Part shown: one piece after another, positions 53,653 through 64,000 of the stretch
Numbering within the stretch: position 1 is the first letter of the stretch
How the letters are laid out: each line of letters opens with the position of its first letter
Assembly (NCBI GenBank): GCA_001949185.1
Contig: BDGG01000006.1
Coordinates: forward strand, 1,036,827-1,100,826
DNA length: 64,000 nucleotides
Source: Ramazzottius varieornatus
Taxonomy: Eukaryota; Animalia; Tardigrada
Direction: 5' to 3'
Translations under genes and position numbers: made by a program
Notes under the pieces: model-generated
Seen by the model: only the letters and a program-made list of their open reading frames with translations
Databases searched by the model: none
Told to the model about the DNA's origin: nothing

Positions 53653-56600
53653 ACAATGTTCAATCTTTTCAAATAATTCAAATAATTAATTTTTTCCGAT
53701 TACTAATTAACTGAAGCCATGCACAAAACGCAAGCCAATTAGCGAAAGCATAAAGAGGCCCGGTAGTACCGTACCCCAAAACATTAAAAATTCAAATCAG
53801 CTAAAAATCTCGGTTATTGACATCGACAATAGAATGGATCTCCAAACCTCTATGACTAGAAAAGGTTCCGAAAACAGAGGCAGCATTACCACGTTGAATA
53901 TCTACACTAAGCTTTTGCTTCAAAAACGAGAGCGATCTTGTTTCGCCGGTGGCTTCTGCTATTCTTTTGCCTATCTGCTGGATAAGGCTGGATGCTTCGT
54001 TCCCGAAAGGACCGAAAGTTTCGAACGCTACTGGACAGAACAGATAGCGACCATCCAGCTCGCGGTAATTGTCTCTTGAGCTCTTCCGCCTTGTTGGCGG
54101 CATAACCGAGCTGCCCCGCTGATCCTCGCAGGTATGTTTCTGCAAGAGTGTCAACACAGGTTACATCCCAGACAAGAGCCTTACCTTGTTGCCACGGGAT
54201 GAGCGTCAGTCCGTCAAGTCGTTTCTGGTCGTCCCTGAGGATCCCGTTGAGCTCAAGGACGTTCGGGACTCTACAGCTGATGAGGGCACGGTGGAGGGAG
54301 TCATTCAGAGGGGAATGTCTAGAATGACGTCCGGCACTCAACTGACAAGACAAGCCGTGGTGCCCCAGCTCGTCGACAAGTTTTTCGCAACGACAAACAT
54401 GGGGCTCACAGAGTCTAGCCCCAAGACGCAAACCAACTGAGATGCGAAACGAGTTGTCGTCCAGCAAATTACCTAAAACAGAAATGGGTAACGCATGAGC
54501 CATGCTCCTGAGTCCGTGGCTGATACGGCAACTAGTCTGGCTCTTTCTGCTTGGGAACTAGCATGCAGAAGGGTTTGGTAGTGCTGGTCAACTATCGGGA
54601 TATCCCACGCCTTCTGCGCTGATCGGAGAGTGAGAATGGGAGGCTGTGAGAAACTTTCTTCCTGCCAGAGGTTTATCGCTGGCGATACTATACTTCTAAC
54701 GTCGACTTGAGGATAGATCTGCTTCATCAGATCGAACGCCGAGTGAACGGAAGCCAAAAAGGCCGGGAGAGCCAGTCCATCGACGCGTCTGATTCCGAGA
54801 CCGCCCCTACTGATGGGAAGGCTTGACTGCCGCCAGACCGTGTCGTCCATCGCGATGTTGGCGATTTTACCTGTAAATTTCCGGATGGTCTCGTCAGAAG
54901 CTTGAAGGGAAGGAAGGCAACTGAAAGTCGGGCTGCAACGAAGGATATACAATAGCTTAGGTAGACTAAGACGATTCTTCAACAGAAACAAAGCTTGGTG
55001 GGCCGAGATTCCAAGCGTGAAGTCATGAGCTCAGCTTGTTGGATCTTTTTCTCTAGGACCGGAGGGATCGCTTCGGGGAAGACTGGAGCTCCAAGTAGCG
55101 TTAGGGTCTCCTTGTCCGGAAATATTACGCCAGGGCAGAGGAGCTTCATTTTTTGGCGTGTAACTTGTTGTTGGGTAGGAGTACCTCCACAGACAACAAA
55201 CTCACATTTGGACGTATTGAGCTCGAGGCCCAGAGAAGCGCCGATCTTCACAATGGTCTGGAAGTCCCTGCTTACCAGTTCGAAGTCTCCACCAAGCGTG
55301 GCATCGTCAAGATACCATACATTGAAGGGCGACTGAAGCGACCTGGACAGGTTCCGGGTCAGAAGACAGAACAACAATGGCCCTAGGGGGTCTCTCTGTT
55401 GAACCCCCCGGGCGAAGGGATGACGTGCTCGCCGTAGATGAGATTTGTTGGCGATCTGTACATCTGAAGATAAAAGGATAAATCTCGGGAAGGAACTTCT
55501 GAGCCTCCTCGAGTAGCCTGTCTCTGTGAGCGGAATTGAAAGCATTCCTGAAGTCCAGTTTCAGCAAAGTCTGGCAGCCTGTCTGGCCTGAGTGGAAAGC
55601 TCTAGTGGAATGTACTGCTGTTTTGGCGCCGCCTCTAGTGCCATAGCCCAGTTGTTGGGGTCGTACAAGGTTGCCTGTGGCTTCCATCACTCGTTTACTG
55701 ACGATCTTTCCCGCTAAACGCCGAAGAGTGTTACCGACCGCAATGGGCCTTATTCGCCCTGTCTTCTTCAGCAAAGCGATCAGCGAGGCACCATACAAGG
55801 CAGGGCAGACGTCTTCTGGTACTTTGCCATCCAGCATCAAGCCGACCAAGGCGGCAAGTGCTTGCGCCAGCTGTAGCGACATAGGATGCCTCAGACCCCC
55901 TAGCAAGTCTTTCAGGTGCTGAGGGCGAAGACCATTAGGACCCCCAGCTGAGTCACAGGGGAAACTGCTTACAGCTGACATTGATTCCTGCGTGGTGACT
56001 GGTGGCGAGGGAGGACCAAAGCATCCTTTTGAGGGGAAATGGGCATCTTGATGTTCGGCGGGATGCTTTTTTCGTAGCTCTGCCAGACTCTGTTGAAAAA
56101 GGGGCTATCACATCTTCGGAGGCGAGGACCCTAACGGCACCGCTGATGTCGCCACCGTTCAACTTCAGCTCCACTCTTCTCTTCATCTGCGAGTCTTCGT
56201 CGATCGAGTTCTTCCTCTGCTTTGGATTATCGGTTTGCGTTTTCGCAGTAGTATTCCCCGCTGCAGCTGGCCTAGCGATGTTCTCTTTGACGAGAGTGGT
56301 AAAAGACCTCTTCTTAGAGGACGGCTCTGAAAGTTTGAAAGCAACCGAGGGGAAAGTAAGTAGTTTCTGCCAGTATTCCACATCATTCTTTCTAACACAC
56401 TCTCTCACAATATCGAGGAGGGCGGTTATTCTGCAGTTATTCTCGCGCCACGTGGTATTCTTTTGATAGTCGGGACAGATCGTTTGACAGGATTGACGGA
56501 TCGGTTGTCGTCGTTAGCTGCTGAGGACTGGGTAAGGATGACTGTTTGGTCCTGTAGCTTTCTCAGGGCTTCTTGGCATGGCCTTTTTCCTCGATGCTTG

Positions 56601-56979
56601 GTTAGGAAACCCTCTGAGGCATCTAATAAACCACACAAGTCGCACTTCACTTTCGACTTTCCTTGAGATGCCATCGTGGTGCGATCCGAGGGAACGCCAA
56701 CGTTCACCCCGGAGTCGTCCTCAAAAGGCCAGAGGGAGCAACTTTGTCGTTTCTAGTAGGACTATCCGAGCTTGTATAGGTGGCTGATTGTTGAAACACC
56801 TGAAAAACTTCAAAGAGACCAATACTGTCCAAAAGAGGATGTCAGGCGACGTGCGCAAGAAGGAACCTACGTGCGATCCGGAGAAACGCGTGCGTTTTTT
56901 TCCCGGAGTCATCTTCAGAGGGCTCAAAGGACATTCCAAATGGATGAAGCGTTTCACAACAATGACCGAAACCACGTGA
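53653..56979 (-). mobile_element. CRE-like non-LTR retrotransposon (Zn finger, RT, restriction-like endonuclease), frameshifted, inserted in the cob NUMT
   Basis: KCDLC...KH, SAGGPNGLRPQHLKD, IRPIAVGNTLRRL, LKLDFRNAFNS, GVQQRDPLGPLLF, WYLDDAT, RGGLGIRR, CRC...HGLSC, RHS, RLDGLTLIPWQQGKALVWDVTCVD and AFETFGPFG. Boundaries approximate. Confidence 0.88.
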
Positions 56980-57465
56980 TAAATATTATTTATTATTACA
57001 AATACAACGATAATCAAAAGTAAGGAAGTTATATCTCTTAAAGAAAAATAAGGGTGGAAAGTAATTTCATCTATTCCCACGCGCAGGCCTATTGGATTAC
57101 TTGATGTTTGTTCGTGAAGAAAAGTTAAATGTGTAATCACTAATAGTCTGATAACGAAAGGTAAAAGATAATGGAGCGAGAAAAATCGAGTAAGAGTCGC
57201 GTCAACCACCCCACACTTATTCGACTAAAGGTGTTCCACCATATGGGATTGCTGACAATAGGTTTTTAATTACCGTCGCCCCTCAATAAGACATTTGTCC
57301 CCAAGGTAGGACATAACCTAGAAATACCGTTATTATTGATACTAAAAAGTAATTACCCCTCTTACTCAAGTCATATTTAATACATACGATTTAACATACA
57401 ATCCCCGAACGATGAGAATAAAAAAGCTAAAAAAATGGTGATGCCCCGTTCGCATGGGTAACTCG
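56980..57465 (-). pseudogene. cob: NUMT of cytochrome b, middle part (5' end missing)
   Basis: LRVTHANGAS, FLGYVLPWGQMSYWGATVI, ATLTRFFSLHYLLPF, FLHEQTSSNPIG and FHPYFS. Confidence 0.92.
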
Positions 57466-60400
57466 TAGCGCTGGCAGAAATACGATAAAATGCGATACGA
57501 TATTTTTCGATACAATATCGGCGGGTATTTTATCGCGGTCTTCGATATTCATTGGATATCGACATTTCGATACGATATTTTTCCGATACCGTATTTTCGA
57601 TATATCGTATCATAGCGCAGCGATATATCGATATTTCTGGAATTTTAGTTTTCCGGAATCCCACTGGTTCAAGCCCAAAAGCTCAAAGAGCCGATTTCCA
57701 CATAAAGTATTACTAGGATCGAAAGCGTCGGATGCAGCAAAGATATGACTATACCAAGACTTCAGACACATGGAAACCTGGACAAAATTAGTACCAGAAT
57801 CGAATGGGCGCAGTGTGCTCCGTACACTATGGCCAAAATCAAGTTTTTGAAAATTGAAATCAACCATGGCTAGGGATGTTAATTATCCATCCACAACGGA
57901 TTTATCCGGATAAAACCTGGACTGGATAAGAGTTTTATCCATCCAGCTCCCAATCGGATAAAACTCTTATCCATCCGGATATCATCCGGATAACGTCTCT
58001 ATCCATCCAATGTTCATCCGAATAAACCTACCTGATACAATAAAACAGACAATCAAAGCGGAACAGCCCAATTCGTTTTGCTAACGTTACGTAGCGGTCT
58101 GAAAGAATCGTAACGATGCGCAATCTCTCTACTGTTACGAGCCTACCGGAAGTCAGCTTAATGAACATTGTTTCTCGTTACACTCGTCCGCTCTTGCTTT
58201 GATCAATGTTCATGTTAACAAGCTGCTCCTTCTCCTCCATCACTAGTTAACGGGCTGTAGCCCGTAGTTCTGAGATTACGGTTTATAGGCATGAGTACCC
58301 GAGAGAGTCCTTGGAATCGACCAAGGAATAACAACGATGACGACGGCCCGCACGACGATCTTGAGGACGAAGCTGCGGAGTTTGAGGCTCAACTTCGGAG
58401 TCCGACTACACCTGTGAGCGCCGCCGACAGCCTTTCCGAAGAAAGCAATACAGTGAGTACGTCGGAACCAGCAGAGGAGAAGGGTAAGGGGGCTTATTCG
58501 GGCATAAACGAGAACTTCACAAAGTCGACGGGAAAAGATGGGAAAATCACGGCCAAGTGCAACTACTGTTCCACCACCAACAAGAACGTGCAGGGAACGT
58601 CTAACCGGCACTACCATATGAAGAATGAGCATCCGTCGAAGCTGAAGGATGCCGTCAACAGCAAGCCAATTCCCGAAGCGTTTCGTGTAAAGCAGAAGGA
58701 TGAGCCGCAGATCATGTCGAAAAAGGAAACCACGCGTGATACCAACAACCTCACGGAATGGATCGTCTGTACTGCAAAACCCATCGGCACTGTCCATGAA
58801 CCGCAGTTCGTTAAGATGATCAACGGTCTCAATTTCAGTTACAAGGTACCGATTCGTGCTTATCATGAAATAAGCAAGACAGGTTATAACCTGTGAAGAA
58901 TACATCCTACTGTACGGTCGAACTGCTTCTCGAACTGTAACTATTTCCAGGTCCCTTGTCGACATACTATTCGAAAGTTTATCCTTGATGGATACAAGAT
59001 GAAGAAGATGCAGATCTTCGAAGAGCTGGCAGCGGTGACCAGTCGTTTCTCTCTCACTAGCAAAGCCAGTGCGAGAAAACAGTCGTAACTTGCCATCACC
59101 TTACACTGGATAGACAACGAGTGGAAACTCAGAAACGTCATTCTCGACTTCCGCTATTTTCCAAAGAACCATTCCGGCGAAAACATAAGAAACGCGGTTA
59201 TGGCAACTCTTCGAGAGTTTGAAGTCGCCCACAGAATCTCCGGAGTGACTACAGACGGAGCACTCAACATGGTCAAGTTCTTCGAGCTGCTGGTCACGGA
59301 GATGCAGGCCGAAAAGCGTAGTTTATCCCGGACGACACAATTTACACCTGAAGGTAAGTTGCCCATTCTAAAAGCGCAGTTCCCAGAACCGCAACGAGAT
59401 ATATCTCGTCAGTTTTCATGAGAATATTGTGATCAAGTGTTTTGAATAAACTACCTTGATTTCTTACTCGTTTCTTCTGGAACTGGTGTGCGGCGCATAT
59501 CGTGAATAAAATTGCGGAAGTTGCGACCAAGAAGGGTGGTGACAGTGGACAAGATACGAGCCTGTGTGATATATGTGCGTCGGCCCACCATCCGTGAGAG
59601 CTTTCTTGCCCCAATCAAGCCCGCAACCGAAGACCTTAAGCTGCCACTGGACGTCTCGACCCGGTGGAATAGCTTGCTGCACATGGTCGAAAGCGCATAC
59701 GCTCGACGCCATGAACTTCACGACTACTTGTCTGCCCAGAAAGGTGCCATCAAGGACGAAGTTCCGTCAGCGGAAGAGTAGATCGACATGGAGGATCCTA
59801 TCGAGCTCCTGAAGCCTATGGAGGCCGTCTCCGTAGACTGTTCGGCTTTCAAGTCCTCCACTTTCCACCTGGCTTTAGCCGAACTGGAGTTTTTGCGAAC
59901 CCATCTAGAAGTCTTCGAAGACCTTACTAAGGTAAATGCTAATTACGTTTACGCGAACGAAATATCTTGATTATTCCTATATCTAAGCGTCCGGTCTATA
60001 AACCGTGATTTTTCCCTAGGCGCTCCGGATCTGCGAGGTGGCCAAAGACATGTTGGTTAAACTGGATGAATGTCCGAGACTGTCTTAGAAGAAACCTGGT
60101 GTGAGAATACAAGTTCCCATGATAGCCCGTCTGTTAGATCCGAGCACAAAAGACGCCTACCTGCCCTCAGTAGAGTCGTACCGCCGCCGGCCCCATGTTG
60201 AAGCACATTGTCCAGCTATACAAAGGTGTTCCAAGGTAAGTGCCGGTTTCTATGATGTTGTTGTAGCTATAAGCGTACGAACTATAGCTCGTGCTGTTTG
60301 TAAGTTGCTTTTATTGCAGCCAAAGAGGAAGTTCCGACATTGCCGAGAAGTCTACTGCTCCACCTCCGAATACACAGCTGTCTATCCGCGAACGGATGAT

Positions 60401-61056
60401 AGCGCAAGTCACTTCGGCAGCAGACCACAGCTTAACGAAGTTGACCAGTTCTTCCGAGATCCAGAGGAATCAGTCAGAAGAGATGTCCTGGAATTTCGGA
60501 GCATGTCGGAAAGCCGCTATTCGACATTGTACCGCATTGCGAAGGATGTTCTGGCTGCACAGGCTTCTTCTGTGCCTTCTGAGAGTGCATTCTCTGGTGG
60601 TGGTCGATACGTTACCATCCTTCGTAACCGTCTAGAACCTGAGGCCCTTCAAGCCGTGTTATGTCTGAACTGTTGGACGGTGGTTTTTGCAGCCATGGTA
60701 GCAATGATGACAGACGATAAATAAACGCGCTACGAAGTTTGGTAGTTTCGGTTTGGCTCTAGTGATTGAACATATAATTTGTATCTAATTTGTTTAACCG
60801 GATAATATTCGGATAATCCGGATAAAAGTTTTATCCAAGAAGCTGGATACGGACAAAACCTCTTATCCATCCAAATGGTATCCGGATAAGTTCTTATCCA
60901 TCCGCTTATCAATCCATTTAACCGTCTATCCATACATTAACAACCCTAACCACCGCCTTCCGTAAACGAGATATCACTGGCGAGTTTGCCATTCAGCAAA
61001 GTACCGATATATCGATAACATATCGATATGGCGCGATATGATATCGCCGAATATTT
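57466..61056. mobile_element. CGATA-rich non-autonomous element split by a hAT insertion (57466-57870 and 60949-61056)
   Basis: Starts tagcgctggcag with dense cgatat/atatcg repeats, which resume after 60948. A similar start (tagtgctggcaacgatac) lies at ~29360. Confidence 0.55.
57871..60948 (+). mobile_element. hAT (Ac-like, BED finger) transposon with a decayed transposase (~58291-60724)
   Basis: TIRs tagggatgttaat / attaacaacccta. Degenerate TSD accatggc / accaccgc. Subterminal ttatccatcc arrays. AKCNYC...HMKNEH, AITLHWID, GVTTDGALNM, WCAAHIVN, LDVSTRWNS, RLLDP and ASSVPSESAFSGGG. Several stops. Confidence 0.9.
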
Positions 61057-62419
61057 AGAGTTTTACGGCCTGTCGTGAGGAGGACTATTAAGTCTGACCG
61101 GTTTGCACTTTGCAGGATGGACCTTTGGGGAACATTCACGGACAAAGTTGCCCTGATGGCTTTTTCGTCGATTATTCTATTCTTCCTGCGACTAACCCAG
61201 CTGGACGAGCGAACCGACGCGTGAGTATATGGGCCTGACGAAAACCACCGGGATAAAATCCCGAAACACCGTCACGAAGGTATGGGACACGTGAGAGCTA
61301 GGAAACAAGGCGTACAAGATCTTTTTCTTGAGCGATGCACCCTTCTAGCCATTAATAATGAAAGCGTGCGCCAGTTCAGACATTCTGTTTGCTCAGCTTC
61401 CGCTTTATGAATTTACTGTCCTACGCTAAGAATTTATAGACCTGCTTCGCAAGTCACATTTCGGCTCTGAATAGAATAAAATCTCATGATCTCATGATTT
61501 TATACTGTTTCAGTTTCTGTGCAGAAACGGTTTCGCGGTTTGCTCACTTCCGGCACAGAATATTAGCACAAAGGGATATTAGGCCGCGCGAGTTCAGCAG
61601 GGCATCGGAAGTCGCGGGGCCTATCATTTAGCCTCTACTGGATAAAGCCCGGACTTCTTTCGCTTTGTGGCGATAGTTTCGGGAAGACAATTATCTCTTC
61701 CTAACTTCAATGCTAGTTTCGGTCGAAAACATGATGGATTCTGAGAAGGAACGTGAGCGGAAGTCAAGTGGCGTAATGTGGGAGAGGCGTGTAGCTCGGA
61801 TCACTTGACGAGCCAAGTTCAATTCGCTGATTGGCCTGATACAACTTTTGTGATTACAATTCTACCAAGATTTCAAATTTCGACCAAAGTGGTCAATAGT
61901 ACGATCAACTCAGCTTGCACAGAATTTCACCAATTCTGTGCAGCGATATTGGGCAAAACACAAGCCGTGGAAAAATGCACAACATAAAACCTATACTTAT
62001 GCTGTGCAAGCCGAAAACATGACTTGCGAATAATGATGAGCATTACACGTAGATGGTCCGTGTAATGTAAATTGTAATACAGTTTACACCAGTTTTACAA
62101 ACCAGGCGGTTAAAAGTGGTACGGAACGACGAGAACGATAAACCAGCTATGTCTGCGTTTGCATAAAATATAGATCATACTAACTGTCTTCCAGAAATAG
62201 TTGAAAATACGGTTACAAAATGACCATACCCAGGAGGTTTCTGACTTTTCACACGTAAGTCAGCTGAATTTTAGATTTCCAGCGGCAAAATACTCAAAAC
62301 ACTGCAGATTTTGGCTTTGAAAAGTTGTAATTGCATCTTACATTTACATTACAACTTTTCGGTGGTTGTAATGTACTCTAATTAACGACCAGATTTTGAA
62401 CTCTGATTAACTCCAGACA

Positions 62420-63420
62420 AACGGTGGTGGAAAGGTGGTATTAGGAGACTAGGTGGCGAGGGGTGGTATGCGGAGACAATGGTTGTTTTTCAGTGGTGTG
62501 CGGAGCACTTTCCCTAAGTCTTACTCCCGAGATTTAGTTTTACTCCTGACCAACTTAGTGTTTCTCTTTCCGAAAATTTGGTCTTGCGAGCTCGAATTTC
62601 AGTCCTGCGATTCAGTTTCAGTCCCGAAAAATTCAGACTGACATTTTTCAGGATATTTTAGTCTTTTGAATCTGAATGTTAGTCCTGACTCTGAATATCA
62701 GTTTCAGTATTTACAAAACCGGATGTTCTTCAAAACGGTAGCTTACTTCCAAGACCTATTTAACGCCAGTCCACGGCCGCATTATTTGGTCTTAAGGGTT
62801 TCTTGGTCTTGTGGGTTTCCATGTTTGGAATTCACGGTCCATTCTTTCGGATTCATTACGGTAAATTTCGAACTGAACAACGGTATAAGGATTTCCGGAA
62901 CGGAAATGGAAATCGAGAGAACTGAAGCAGAGCCGCTAACATTCCGCCATACCATTACCCAATCCGTACCTTGCAGAGCAGACTGTCACAGTGGCCACAG
63001 CACTAACAGGCCAAATAATACAGAAAAGAATGAGAGCGTGATCTAGCTTTCTTCTGAGACTAAATAATGAAAACCAATCTGGCAAAAAGTGGTGCTCGAA
63101 GTCCTTGGTGGTGGCCCTTAGTTAGAAAGTGGTGTACGGAGTAAACGGTGATGATTTGGAATTGAAAGGTGGTATAGGAACTACGGTGGTGAAAGGTGGT
63201 ATCAGGAGGACTATGGTGGTAAAAGGTGGTGTGCGGAGCCTTCCCCAAAACTTAATTTTGGAAGAGTAAAATGCCGTTGAACAAGAATAAAACTTAGTTG
63301 GTCGGGAGTAAAACTAAATCTCGGGAGTAAAACTGGAATTCGGAAGAGTAAAATGCTTTTGAACGAAAGTAAAACTAAATTGGTTGGGAGAAAAACAGAA
63401 TCGTAAGAACTGGAACTGAA
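62420..63420. repeat. Nested direct (GGTGGT-rich) and inverted (GGGAGTAAAACTAAAT) repeats, probably MITE relics
   Basis: 62420-62515 resembles 63170-63247. 62521-62558 is the reverse complement of ~63293-63330. Confidence 0.5.
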
Positions 63421-64000
63421 AACCGTGGGTGCTGACTAATGATATTTATGTTTAGTCATGAGTCTACAAATTACTTGGCTGTTTGATCTAATCAGGAATG
63501 ACATAGAGACCGTTCAAGTATTACGTAAGGCGCCCAGAGGGGGGGGGGGGTACTGGTCGAGGTAGTCTTACAGAAGTCTTAGGGGAAGGGGGTAGAGGTC
63601 TCAAGAATCATATGTAAGAGAATTAAAAATCAAATATTTAATTGAAGTAGTTACCAAAGCCTGTAAAGGCCCCACTTTTGGGACTCGAACCGTCACTCGC
63701 TGCTTCAACCAGCTGATTATTGGCCCTAAGCGACCCCCCAGACATACATATACCTACTCTGCGCATCCGTGCTTGATCCCTTCCACCGCTGCGCCGTTCT
63801 GTCTCTGTTTTTTCTTTAGCCCGCAAAAAAACATGGTGTGAGCAAGCGTTGCGAACTCTACCATTCTACTCAGGTTGCGGTCAAGTTACACCAGTGTGCG
63901 GAACCTTCGGAGGACAACCAAAATCATGAACTCGACGATGTCATGGAAGTGGAAGAGGCGGCGAGACCAACCGTAGTCGACGAGGATGCGAGGGACCGGA

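Larger units (their letters stand above)
49635..57465. other. NUMT block: rrnS(3')-rrnL-spacer-trnL1-nad1 on +, trnS2-cob on -, with nested nuclear transposons
   Basis: Abruptly AT-rich DNA with recognisable mitochondrial rRNA and protein motifs. TGA reads as Trp and AGA as Ser. Frameshifts and interrupting TEs indicate a nuclear copy. Confidence 0.92.

Noticed and set aside
49635-57465. Genuine mitochondrial contig or functional rRNA/tRNA genes
   Set aside because: Frameshifts, stops and nuclear TE insertions indicate a NUMT.

Overview
Intron-containing nuclear DNA from an invertebrate. The embedded mitochondrial copy uses the invertebrate code and a panarthropod-type gene order. All gene models were spliced and translated by eye. 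Ordinary genes: a 15-exon eIF4G (16360-23292, -), Sec23 (24932-28969, -), a POLE3/CHRAC17-like histone-fold gene (33779-34690, +), delta-COP (39280-42105, +) and a secreted GH19-LysM protein (42551-43711, +). Two derived paralogues appear only after splicing. (1) A six-exon, ~574-aa rearranged eIF4G paralogue (35476-38377, +) has MA3 first, then an eIF4E-binding motif, then the post-MIF4G linker, and no MIF4G. Shared introns tie it to the local eIF4G. (2) A five-exon, ~521-aa CBP/p300 derivative (11910-14606, -) has TAZ1 and KIX, no bromodomain, and a probable HAT remnant shifted out of frame. The window also holds a near-identical inverted copy of the eIF4G 5' end (1901-3376) and a palindromic repeat family concentrated in introns. 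A ~7.8-kb NUMT-containing block (49635-57465) is invaded by MITEs and a CRE-like retrotransposon. Two decayed hAT transposons, several MITE families and a Harbinger-type Myb/SANT pseudogene complete the picture.
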